Of a DNA stretch of 26,471 nt, positions 15,487 through 26,300 are shown piece after piece. Under the pieces are notes generated by a model. That model did not search any database. It was not told the DNA's origin and saw nothing but the letters and a program-made list of their open reading frames with translations. Each line of letters begins with the position of its first letter. Positions within the stretch are counted from its first letter, which is position 1. This stretch comes from Pedosphaera sp. Lineage in GTDB: Bacteria > Verrucomicrobiota > Verrucomicrobiia > Limisphaerales > SIBH01. The translations under genes and the position numbers were made by a program. The DNA is taken from positions 1-26,471 of the forward strand of contig JANOQV010000167.1 in assembly GCA_031414955.1 (NCBI GenBank). Reading direction: 5' to 3'.

Positions 15487-18400
15487 GTGGCTTTACTCAG
15501 CATTATCTCAGGAAATCGTCCAGGCTCGCGCGGCAAGTGGTGGCGGCGCCTCGTCGTGGTCGTGGTGCTCTACACCGTCGCCGGCTTCTTCCTCCTGCCC
15601 GCCCTCATCAAATGGCAGATGGTCAAGCAACTGCCGAGGTTCACCCATCGGGCCGCGCGCGTGGATTCGGTGCGCCTCAATCCTTACGCCCTCTCTTTTG
15701 GCATTCGTGGCCTGGCGTTGACGGAACCGGACGGTTCGACCTTTGCCTCGTTCAGCAATTTTTACATCAACTTCGAGGCCTGCTCCTCGCTCTTTCACTG
15801 GACCTGGACGTTCAAGGAAATCCAGCTCGGTTCGCCCTACGGCTACGTGTCGATCCTCACCAACGGGCAATTCAACTTCGCCAATTTGCTGACCAATGCC
15901 CCGCCGACCAACGCCCCAACGCAGCCCGCCAGGCGGCTCCCGGCCGCGCTGGTCGAATCCCTCGTCATCACCAACGGGGTCGTGGCCATCGCCGACTTCT
16001 ATCGCAACCAGCCCTTCGAGACCAAATTCGAGCCGATTGAGGTGCGGCTGACGAATTTCACCACGCGCCCGCGCACCAAGAGTCCTTATGCCTTCACCGC
16101 CAGCACCGGCGAGGGCGAGTACTTTCGCTGGCGCGGCAGCGTGCATGCGTTTCCGCCGACCTCCGCGGGAAGCTTTGAATTGGGCGGCATCGACCTCAAA
16201 AAATACGGCACCTACGACCGCGAGTTCACTCAACTGGATGTGCGCGACGGAAAAATGACCGTGGCTGCGACCTACTTCTTCGCCATCGAGACGAACGGCC
16301 TCGAGTTGAGCATCACCAACGCGAGCGTGCTGGTGACCAACCTCCAAGTGTTCGCGCCTGACGGAACGAACGCGCTCATCTCGATTTCCAGCGTCTCCGT
16401 GCAGGGGGCCGAGGCGGACCTGCAAAAGCGTTCGGCCAAGGTGCAGTCTGTTGAAACCATCGGAGGCTCCATTCTCGCCCGGCGCTTCCGCGATGGCGCG
16501 CTGGAGTTGCTGCAACTGGCCCTGCCACCGACCAATCGGCCGCACACCATTCTGAATCCGCCTCCAGCTACGAACCCTGCGCCCGCCGGGGCCACTGCAC
16601 CTGCCGTGCCCTGGTCGGTGGTCATTGAGAACATCGTGGTGCAGGATTACGCCGCCCGCGTGGAGGATGAACAGCCGCCGCGGCCCGCGACGCTCATCGC
16701 CGATCAAATCGCCCTGACCGTGAAGGGGCTTTCGCTCGCCTCGAACGCGCCGATCAATATCGAGTTCTCCACCCGCGTGAACAGCAACGGCTTCGTGAAA
16801 GTGGGCGCGCAAGGCACCGTGTTACCCGTGGCGCTGAACACCGAGCTCGACATCAGCACCATCGACCTGAAACCGTTCCAGCCCTACGTCGAGCAGCAGC
16901 AGGTGAAGGTCTCCTTCAACAGCGGCAATTTCTCGACCAAGGGCCGCGCCTCCGTGGCCCTCGGCGAATCCAACCAGTTGGCCGCCAAATTCGCCGGCGA
17001 TGTCGTGTTGAACGACGTGGTCGTCATCGACCAGATTGCCTTCCAGGATTTCATCGGCTGGAAACAAGTCGCGGTGCGCGGCATCGACTTTGTCCTCTCG
17101 CCCATGAGCGTGAAGGTTCACGAACTGGCCTGCGACAGTCTCGCCACCAGCGTGGTCATGGGGACGAACCAGCAGTTGATGGCGCTCGCGGTCCTGCCCC
17201 CCGCGTTCCTCAGCACCAACAAGACCAAGGCCGCCACCCCCGCGGCCTCGCCCGCGCCAGGCCCCAACCAAAGCTTGCTGCCCTTCCCCGTGCAACTCGA
17301 CTTGCTGGCCCTGACCAACATGTCGATTCATCTCCGCGATCTCTCGGTCGAGCCGAACTGCCGCTTCGACGTGCAGCAGTTCAGCGGCACGGTGCGCGGC
17401 CTGTCCTCCGCGCTCAACACGGTGGCGGACGTGGACATTCGCGGGCGCGTGAATGAGAGCGCGCCCTTCAGCGTGGTCGGCAAAGTCAACCCGCTCGTGC
17501 GCGATCTGCTCGTCGATCTGGTCATCACCAACAAGAACACGGAACTGACCGCCTTCACGCCCTACATGGAGAAGTTCGGCGGCTACGAGTTGAAGAAGGG
17601 CAAGTTCACCGTCGGCCTGCGCTCGGATGTCAAGCAGCAGGCGCTCGACGCGCAGGTCGTTGTTTTCATCGACCAGCTCACCCTGGGCGCAGCCAGCAAA
17701 AGTCCGGACGCGACCAAACTGCCCGTGAAGCTCGGCGTGGCGCTGCTCAAGGATCGCAACGGGCGCATCGAGTTTGATGTGCCGATCAAGGGCCGGATCG
17801 ATGATCCCAAATTCAAGGTCGGGCCGATCATCGGGCAGGTCGTGCTGAACTTGCTGACCAAGGCCGCCACTTCGCCCTTCGCCCTGCTCGGCGCGCTGGT
17901 CGGTGGCGGCGAGGAGTTGAGCTTCGTCGAGTTCGTCCCCGGCCAGTCCATGATTGCCGGAGCCGAAACCAACAAGATCGACAAGCTGGGCCAGGCGCTC
18001 TACGAGCGGCCCGCGTTGAATCTCGAAATCACGGGCGCGGCCGATCCCGCGATGGACGCGGCCGCAGTCGCCTGGCTCAAGCTGGAGCGCGAGTTGAAGA
18101 CGGCGCGCATGACTGAACTGGCCGGCAAGGATAACGCGCCCGCTTCGGCCGAGGCGGTGAAACTTGAGCCGCGCGACTACGAGCGATTGCTGAAGGCGCA
18201 ATACAAGAAGGTCTTCAACCGCGACCGCCCGTTGCCTGTGGTCGCCACCAACGCCTCCGGAACCGCCACCAATGTCGTCGCCCCGGCCGCCGCCCGTCCC
18301 CAACCGCGCAAGGGCGCGGAGGTGCAAATCGCCCGTGAGGCAATAGCCAAGCAACCGGCCAAGGAAACCAACGCAGTCGTTGCCGCAATTAATCCGCGCG

Positions 18401-18657
18401 TCCCGACCCGGCCCGCCTCACTGCCTGCGCTGGATGCCGACGACGAGTTGCGCGCCCAGATGGAAGCCGAATTACACACCCACTTCGCGGCCACCGCAGA
18501 AGACCTGCGCGCGCTGATGAACGAACGGGCCCAGAATGTGCAGCGGGCCTTGCTGCAAACGGAGAAAGTGGCCGCGGATCGCCTCTTCATTCTTGCGCCA
18601 CCCGCCGTCGAGGCGGCCTCCAAGGGCCAGTCCCGAGTGAATTTGTCCCTGAATTGA
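15487..18657 (+). CDS. DUF748 domain (AsmA-like) envelope protein with C-terminal OmpA-like region
   Basis: GTG start; N-terminal TM (LYTVAGFFLLP), VRLNPY, repeated beta-rich segments, IDLKPFQPY, LTAFTPYMEKFGGY, LPVKLGVALLKDRNGRIEFDVPIKGRIDDPKF, KAATSPFALLGAL, ERPALNLEITG. Confidence 0.88.
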   Translation: MALLSIISGNRPGSRGKWWRRLVVVVVLYTVAGFFLLPALIKWQMVKQLPRFTHRAARVDSVRLNPYALSFGIRGLALTEPDGSTFASFSNFYINFEACSSLFHWTWTFKEIQLGSPYGYVSILTNGQFNFANLLTNAPPTNAPTQPARRLPAALVESLVITNGVVAIADFYRNQPFETKFEPIEVRLTNFTTRPRTKSPYAFTASTGEGEYFRWRGSVHAFPPTSAGSFELGGIDLKKYGTYDREFTQLDVRDGKMTVAATYFFAIETNGLELSITNASVLVTNLQVFAPDGTNALISISSVSVQGAEADLQKRSAKVQSVETIGGSILARRFRDGALELLQLALPPTNRPHTILNPPPATNPAPAGATAPAVPWSVVIENIVVQDYAARVEDEQPPRPATLIADQIALTVKGLSLASNAPINIEFSTRVNSNGFVKVGAQGTVLPVALNTELDISTIDLKPFQPYVEQQQVKVSFNSGNFSTKGRASVALGESNQLAAKFAGDVVLNDVVVIDQIAFQDFIGWKQVAVRGIDFVLSPMSVKVHELACDSLATSVVMGTNQQLMALAVLPPAFLSTNKTKAATPAASPAPGPNQSLLPFPVQLDLLALTNMSIHLRDLSVEPNCRFDVQQFSGTVRGLSSALNTVADVDIRGRVNESAPFSVVGKVNPLVRDLLVDLVITNKNTELTAFTPYMEKFGGYELKKGKFTVGLRSDVKQQALDAQVVVFIDQLTLGAASKSPDATKLPVKLGVALLKDRNGRIEFDVPIKGRIDDPKFKVGPIIGQVVLNLLTKAATSPFALLGALVGGGEELSFVEFVPGQSMIAGAETNKIDKLGQALYERPALNLEITGAADPAMDAAAVAWLKLERELKTARMTELAGKDNAPASAEAVKLEPRDYERLLKAQYKKVFNRDRPLPVVATNASGTATNVVAPAAARPQPRKGAEVQIAREAIAKQPAKETNAVVAAINPRVPTRPASLPALDADDELRAQMEAELHTHFAATAEDLRALMNERAQNVQRALLQTEKVAADRLFILAPPAVEAASKGQSRVNLSLN

Positions 18658-18660
18658 ATT

Positions 18661-20175
18661 ATGCCCGCGCCGTTCAAGCTGGTTCGCGTTCCCACGCTCA
18701 AGACCGTTGCTGATTTTCGAACTCATATCGCCGCGCTGGGTATCGAATTGCCCTGTGAAGACACCATCGTGGCCGGTCCTGATTCGCCGCTGGCAACACC
18801 CGTCGCGAACGTCACGGTGAACGGCAAGCGCATCGGCAACCGCGTCGCCGTGCAGCCGATGGAAGGCTGGGACGGCACGACCACGGGTGGCGTCAGTGAG
18901 GAGATGATTCGCCGCTGGCGGCGCTTCGGTGAGAGCGGCGCGAAGCTCATCTTCGGTGGCGAGGCCATGGCCGTGCGGGCCGATGGCCGGGCCAATCCCA
19001 ATCAGCTCATCCTCAACGAGGAGAACAAGGCGGGCATCGCGGGACTGCGCGAGACACTCGTCGCCGCGCACCAGGAACGCTCCGGCAACACCGATGATCT
19101 CGTCATCGGATTTCAGCTCACCCACTCCGGGCGCTTCTGCCGGCCCGTGGACAAGAAGCGTTGGGAATCACGCGTGGCCTATCGGCATCCGATTCTGGAC
19201 AAGAAGTTTAACGTGACCAGTGACGCGCAGATTCTGAGCGACGCCGAGATTGAGGAACTCATCCAGTGTTACGTGCGCGCGGCGAAGATTGCCGCCGACA
19301 TCGGCGCGGACTTCGTGGACCTCAAGCATTGCCACGGCTACCTGCTGCACGAGTTCCTCGGTGCGCACACCCGGCCTGGAAAATACGGCGGCAGCTTCGA
19401 GAACCGCACCCGCATCCTGCGTGAGATCATTGGTGGCATTCGCGCCAGCGGGAATCCCATCGACATCGGCGTGCGGCTGAGTGCGTTCGACTTCGTGCCT
19501 TTCCGCCCCGACCCTGCGCTCTCCCAGCCCGGCAAGCTTGGCCCCGGCATTCCCGAGGATTACTCGCACTGCCTGCCTTATCGCTACGCCTTCGGGGTGA
19601 ACCCGGAGAATCCCGAGACCTACGACTTGCGCGAGACGTTTCAATTCGCGGAACTCTGCGCCGAACTCGGCGTCAAGCTGCTCAACCTCAGCGCCGGTTC
19701 GCCCTATTACAATCCCCACCTCCAGCGCCCCGCCGCCTATCCGCCCAGCGACGGCTACCAACCCGCGCACGATCCGCTCATCGACGTGGCCCGGCAGATG
19801 GATGTGGTCCGGCAGGTGAAGGCGCATTTGGAGAAAACCCCAAATCCCAAATCCCAAATCCCAAACCCAATCGTGATCGGCTCCGCCTACAGCTACCTCC
19901 AGGAATACCTGCCGCACGTCGCGCAATACGTCGTGCGCCACGGCTGGACGGACATGGTCGGGCTAGGCCGCATGGTGTTGAGCTATCCGGGCTTGCTCGC
20001 CGACGCGGTGAGCCAAGGCACGCTCACGCCCAAGTTCATCTGCCGCACCTTCAGCGATTGCACCACCGCGCCGCGCAACGGCCTCATCAGCGGCTGTTAC
20101 CCGCTCGACAAGTATTACAGCGCCAAGCCCGAGTTCCAGAAGCTCAAGGAGATCAAGCGGTCGGTCGGGGCGTAA
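18661..20175 (+). CDS. NADH:flavin oxidoreductase (Old Yellow Enzyme / oxidored_FMN family)
   Basis: NRVAVQPMEG, FQLTHSGRF, GADFVDLKHCHGYLLHEFL, YGGSFENRTR, DMVGLGR. Starts 3 nt after the DUF748 stop. Confidence 0.92.
   Translation: MPAPFKLVRVPTLKTVADFRTHIAALGIELPCEDTIVAGPDSPLATPVANVTVNGKRIGNRVAVQPMEGWDGTTTGGVSEEMIRRWRRFGESGAKLIFGGEAMAVRADGRANPNQLILNEENKAGIAGLRETLVAAHQERSGNTDDLVIGFQLTHSGRFCRPVDKKRWESRVAYRHPILDKKFNVTSDAQILSDAEIEELIQCYVRAAKIAADIGADFVDLKHCHGYLLHEFLGAHTRPGKYGGSFENRTRILREIIGGIRASGNPIDIGVRLSAFDFVPFRPDPALSQPGKLGPGIPEDYSHCLPYRYAFGVNPENPETYDLRETFQFAELCAELGVKLLNLSAGSPYYNPHLQRPAAYPPSDGYQPAHDPLIDVARQMDVVRQVKAHLEKTPNPKSQIPNPIVIGSAYSYLQEYLPHVAQYVVRHGWTDMVGLGRMVLSYPGLLADAVSQGTLTPKFICRTFSDCTTAPRNGLISGCYPLDKYYSAKPEFQKLKEIKRSVGA
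19839..19866 (+). repeat. Heptamer tandem repeat (CCCAAAT)3-CCCAAAC inside the oxidoreductase CDS
   Basis: Read directly from the sequence; translates as TPNPKSQIPNP. Confidence 0.85.
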
Positions 20176-20201
20176 ACGCCTGAAGGGACAATTGCGCAGG
20201 A

Positions 20202-20254
20202 GCCACGGATAAGGACTCGCCGCATCCGTGTTCAATCCCTGTTTCATCCGTGGC
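20202..20254. repeat. CCACGGAT/ATCCGTG-type palindromic repeat; possible 3' hairpin of the DUF748-OYE unit
   Basis: GCCACGGAT (20202-20210) is the inverse of ATCCGTGGC (20246-20254), with internal degenerate copies atccgtgttc and atccctgttt. Confidence 0.6.
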
Positions 20255-20331
20255 CAGGAAACTGAAGCAGGGGAACATCTGAATTGCCTTGCGCATTGCC
20301 AGGGCCGGGCGGGTTTCGTATCACCTTCATC

Positions 20332-23300
20332 ATGCAACCCCACGACCGGTCAGCGCTGGCCCAACAAGTGCGAAAGTTTCCCGGGACCGGTTTAATCTTG
20401 GTGCTGCTGATGGTCGCCGCGGTGCAGCCGGCCTTCGCCTCCCTGATCGCTTATGACAGCGCGGTGAATGCGGACGCGGGCGGCGGGTTGATTCCGCTGG
20501 CCAGGCTGACCAATGCGGCGGTGTTCACGGGCGCGAATCGCGAGGCGTTCAACTTTGGCGCCGGGACAGGTGATGTGACGATGGAGTTCATCCTCACCGG
20601 CGATCCGACCGCGGGCGGCATCAGCAGCTACCTCGCAGTCGGGACGAACGTGTCCAGCAATCTGCGTTACGAGGCTTACAACAACACCGGGCAACTTGGG
20701 TTCACGCAGTTAGGCGTGGCGGATTATCTGTTCTCACCCGGGGTGCCATCGCCGTCGATTCCGGTCCACATCGCCTACGTCTGGTTGTCGGCCACGCGCA
20801 CGATGAAGCTTTATCTCAACGGATCGTTCGCCGGTTCGGCTTCAGGCATCAGTGCGTTGTTTGCCATGCCGAACGGGCAGGGCTGGCTCGGCGGCAATCC
20901 CGGCGGCACGGAGACGATGGTCGGCACGGTTTCCCGCGTGACGGTGTATGGCAGCGTCCTGGCCGACGATGCGATTCAGCGCCACGCGGATGTCTACAAC
21001 GACATCATTCGCGCGCCCATCATCGTTTCATTCACGGCCACGCCGGGAACGATCTTCTCACCGGCTTCCTCCCTGCTGGCTTGGAATGTTCAGAATGCGC
21101 TCGGTGTTTCGGTGAATGGGACGGATGTGACGGGGACGACGAACCTGGTCGTGAATCCCCCGGTGACGACGACCTATTCGCTCGTCGCCACCAACGCGGG
21201 CGGCAGCAGCACGGGGCAGGTGACCGTGGTCGTCAATCCGCCGCCGGTCATCCACCGCTTCACGGCGGGAGCGGGTTACGGGGCCAGCGGCGCGAGCATT
21301 CCTCTGGCGTGGGAGACCAGCCACGGGCAGTCGTTTCAAATTACCCCCGGCGTGGGCGACGTCACGCCGCAGACGATCAGCGGCACCGGCAGTGTCAACA
21401 TCCTGCTCACCCAGACCACGACCTTCACGCTGGCCGTGGGCAACGCCTTCGGCACGAACACCGCGACGCGGTTGGTGCGGGTCGTGCAGCCGGCGAGCCA
21501 CCTGGTCATCTCCGAAGTCATGTCCGACAACGCCTCGACTCTCGCGGATCAGGACGGCGAGTTCCCGGACTGGATCGAAATCTTCAACCCCACCCTCGCC
21601 GCCATCAATCTGGGCGGGCACAGCCTCACCGATGACAAATCGGAACCGACGAAGTGGGTGTTCCCGGATTTGCTGCTGTCGGGGGGCGGGCATCTGGTGG
21701 TGTTTGCCTCGGGCAAGGATCGCACGAACACGGCCGCCCCGCTGCACACCAACTTCCAGCTCGACCGTGACGGTGAGTATCTCGCGTTGATCAGCCCTGG
21801 ACTGGTGATCCTGCACGAGTTCGATCCGTTGCCGCCGCTGGACACGGACATTTCGTTTGGTCTGCTCGGAGGGGACCTGACCACCGCGCAGGCCATGGGA
21901 CATCCCACGCCGGGTGCGCTCAACGACGCCACTCCCGCGCCGCCGGCCAAGGTCGAGTTCTCTCTCGCTGGTGGATTCTTCAGCGAGCCATTTCTGCTCG
22001 CGCTTACGAGTGTCACGAGCGGTGCGGAGATTCGTTACACGCTGGACGGCAGCACTCCGGGCGCGACGAATGGAATTATTTACACGGGGCCGATCGCCAT
22101 CAACGGCACCGCGCGGGTGCGGGCCGTGGCGCGGACGAATGATCTGGAGAGCGCGCTCAGCGGCGAACGCTTCATCAGGCTGGCGGCGGACCTGACCAAC
22201 TACACCACCACACTGCCCATCATGGTGATCGAGAACTTCGGGGCGGGCGTTATTCCGCAGAAGGGCTGGTCGGGCACGGGCGCGGGCATCAAGCAGACTC
22301 CGCGGCACGATGCGGTGTGGGCCACAATTGAGCGGAGCAACGGCCTCGGGGCCTTCACCAATGCGCCGGACATGTTCAGCCGCATCGGCATCCGCGGGCG
22401 CGGCGCGTTTTCGTCCACCTGGCGGCAGAAGCCCTACAGCGTCGAGGCACTCAAGGAAAACGGCGACGAGCGCGACGTCTCACCGCTTGGCCTGCCCGCG
22501 CATCCCGATTGGGTGCTCTACTTCCCCGACCCGGACAGCAACAAGGACCCGGCCATGCTCTTCAATACGTTTGCCTACGAATTGTATCAGCACTTCGGGC
22601 GCGACTTCGCAGTGAAGTTCCGCTGGGTGGAGGCGTTTGTGAACGAGGACGGCGGCGATCTGCAACTCGCCGACCGGCGCGGCGTGTATGCCATCTTCGA
22701 GAAAGTGGCGCGCGGTTCGGACCGCCTGAATTTCCAGAAGCTCTCCGCTGATGGCACGAACGGTGGCTGGCTGCTCAGCTTGAACCGCATGGACCCCGAG
22801 CCGGAGACAGGCTGGCCGGCGGAGAACGGAACCACGGTGCCGCAGTTTTTCCACACCGCCGGGCCGAACCGCATTTCGCAGTCGCCGCCGAACGCGCAAG
22901 TCGTGGGCGACGACGAGCCGCAGCAATCCAACGGCTACCTGAACTTCGATAATCCCAGCGGCTACACCATCAACACCAATCAGCGCGCCGGCATCGAGAA
23001 TTGGTTCAAGCAATTCGAGGACGTGCTTTGGAACAACACGCTCTGGCGCGACCCGACCAACGGCTACCGCAAATATCTCAGCGCCGAGGATTTCGCCGAT
23101 TACTTCCTGCTCAACACCCTCACGCACAATGGCGACGGGCTGCTCATCAGCATGTTCCCGTGGAAGGGCGACGACGGAAGACTCCGCATGGGACCAGCGT
23201 GGGATTACAACTGGAGTCCCTACTACATCGGCGCTCCGACCCCCACCGTCGATCTGCTCTGGCGCCCAACCCGACTCTGGTATGGCCGGCTGTTCACCGA

Positions 23301-26300
23301 CCCGGATTTCCGGCAGCTCTACATTGACCGCTGGTGGGACTATCGGCGCGGCGCGATGAACAACGAGGGTCTGGATGCAATCATCGATGGCCAGGTGGCG
23401 GACATCTCGCCCGTGAAGTCGCTGCTCAATGGCTTTGCCAATACGAACGCTTTTCTCAGCAACATCGCGCAGATGAAGACATGGCTGAAAACCCGCGCCG
23501 ACTGGATCGACGGCAACTACATCCGTCCTCCGGTCTTCAATCAGAACGGTGGCGATGTGCCGGCGGGATTCCAGGTCGTCATCACCGGCACGAACGGCAC
23601 GATCTACTTCACCACCGATGGATCCGATCCCCGCGCGCCGGGTGGGACGAACCTGGCGACTGCGGCGCAGACCTATTCGCTGCCGTTCACGCTTAATGCC
23701 CAGGCCACGGTTAGCGCACGTATCAAGAACGGCACCAACTGGAGTGGTCTCACTCGGGCGGTCTTCTACACGCCGCAGGATCTCAGCAGTCTCGCCATTA
23801 CGGAAATCATGTACAACCCGCCGGCCCTCGGCGGCATTCCCGGCGGCGACTTGGAATTCATCGAGTTGAAGAACACCGGCGTCGTGGCGCTCGACCTCGG
23901 CACGCTCACGTTCACCAACGGAATCACCTTTACCTTCACCAACGGCACCGTGTTATTGCCGGGACAGTTCTTTATGCTGGCGCGCAACGCGGCGGCGTTC
24001 GCCGTGAAGTATCCGGGCGTGACGGTGCATGGCACGTTTGCCGGCCAGCTCGACAATGCTGGTGAAACGCTCCGGCTCGCGACCAGCTTCGGGGCCACCA
24101 TCTTTTCCATCACCTATGGCGACCGCACGCCTTGGGCGCTGGCGGCGGATGGACATGGGTTCTCACTCGTGCCGAGGAACGCAGCGACGAACCTGAATTC
24201 TGACCACGGCGCGCACTGGCGCGCGAGCACAGCTCTCGGCGGCTCGCCCGGCACGGATGATCCTGCGCCGGTCATCGCGCCCGTCCTCATCAACGAAGTG
24301 CTCACGCACACCGACCTTCCGGCGGTGGACTCGATCGAGCTCTTCAATCCCAATGCCACGGAAGTGAACGTGGGTGGCTGGTTCCTGAGTGACGACGGCG
24401 CGGCGCCGAAGAAATTCCGCATTCCCGACGGCACGATGATTGGCGCGGGCGGTTTCCTCGTTTTCACCGAGACGAACTTCAACGCCGTGCCGGGGCTGGT
24501 CACCAGCTTCTCGCTCAGTTCGTCGGGTGATTCGATTTACCTGACCTCCGGCGACGCCAACACCAACCTGACCGGCTACAGCCACGGCTTCGATTTCGGC
24601 GCGGCGGCGAACGGCGTGACCTTTGGCCGCTTCCTAAACAGCGTGGGGGAGGAGCAATTCCCCGCGCAAACCGCGCCGACCCCCGATGCAACCAACGCTG
24701 GTCCGCGTGTCGGCCCGGTGGTCATCAGCGAAATCATGTACAACCCCGAGACGGGCGGGGATGAGTTCGTGGAGTTGAAGAGCCTCAGCGGATTGTCTTT
24801 GAACCTGTTTGACCCGGCCCATCCGACCAACACCTGGCGAATCAATGGTCTCGGCTTCAGTTTCCCGACGAACTTCACGATCGGTTCCAACGAACTGGTT
24901 CTGATTGTTGCGACGAACCCGGCGGCGTTCCGCACCAAGTATGGAGTGCCTGCGGGCGTGCCGATTCTCGGGCCTTACACCGGCAGCTTGCAGGACAGTG
25001 GCGAGCGGCTGGAGTTGCAGTGGCCCGATTCACCTGAGTCGAACGGCGTGCCCTACGTGACCATGGACGAGGTGCGCTACAATGATCGCGCTCCCTGGCC
25101 TCCGGCGGCAGACGGCATCGGGCCGTCGCTGCATCGGGTGGACACGGCCGCTTATGGAAATGATCCCACCAACTGGATGGCGGCCGGTTCCACGCCCGGG
25201 GCGGATTTCATCCCCGGTGGTCCGCCGGTCATCCTCGTCCAGCCCGTGAGCCAGCTCGCACTCATCGGCGGCACGGTGGTCTTCAGCGTGAGCAGCACGG
25301 GTGCGCCGCCGCTTCTCCACCGCTGGCTGTTTAACGACCGTGTCATTCCTGGCGCGAACGGCAGCACGTTGACCCTGACGAATCTTCAACCGGCGCAGGC
25401 GGGTCTTTACAGCGTGGCGATCTACAACAGCGGCGGCGCCGTGGTCAGCGCGGCGGCGACACTCTCTGTGTTGACGCCGGTGTATTTCACCGTGCAGCCG
25501 ACCAACCAGAACGTGCTCCCCGGCACCAACGTCACCCTCGTCTCCGCCGCCAACGGCAACGGCCCCGTTCGTTACCAATGGCAGTTCGAGGGCACGAACC
25601 TGCCCAATGCCACCAACGCCAGCTTCAGCTTCAGCAACGCCTCGCTGGCTTTCGGCCACGGGAATTTTTCCGTCGCCGCGCAGGATGATGCGAGCACGGC
25701 GACCAGCAGCAATGCTTTCGTCTTCGTCCGCATCCGCCCCGGCATCACTCTCCAGCCGCTGGCGCAATCCGTGGTGCAAGGCAACAACGCCTTGTTCATC
25801 TGCGTGGCCACCGGCGCGCCGCCCATTGTTTTCCGCTGGCTGACCAACGGCGTGGGCATGGTCACGAACACCAGCGGGATCTTTGTCTTCAACAATGTGC
25901 AGAGCAGCATGACCGTGCGGGCCGTCGTCCAGAACCTGGCCGGCAGCGTGAACAGCAGTACGGTGAATCTGACCATGCAGCGCGATTTTGATGGCGACGG
26001 CATGGCGGACTTTTGGGAGACGAACTACTTCGGCTTCAGCACCAACAACCCGGCCGACGGCCCGCTCGATTTTGACGGCGACGGCCTGAGCAACTCAGAC
26101 GAGTTTCGCGCCGGGACCAATCCCACCAACGCGTTCAGCGTGTTGCGTCTCGCGCCGTCGGCGACGAACGCGAACGTCCTTGAGTTTGTGGCGCAGACGA
26201 ACCGGACTTACACCGTGCTCGGCCGGACGAATCTGACCGGCGCGGCCTGGACGGGCGTGACCAACGTGCTGCCTTCGACTGCGGTGCGAACCGTGCTGCT

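Noticed and set aside
10479..23127. Long antisense ORFs (10479..11954, 14193..15536, 15508..16812, 16822..18354, 19168..19941, 21058..22308, 22480..23127)
   Set aside because: Shadow frames expected opposite high-GC genes; Arg/Gly/His-rich with no motifs.
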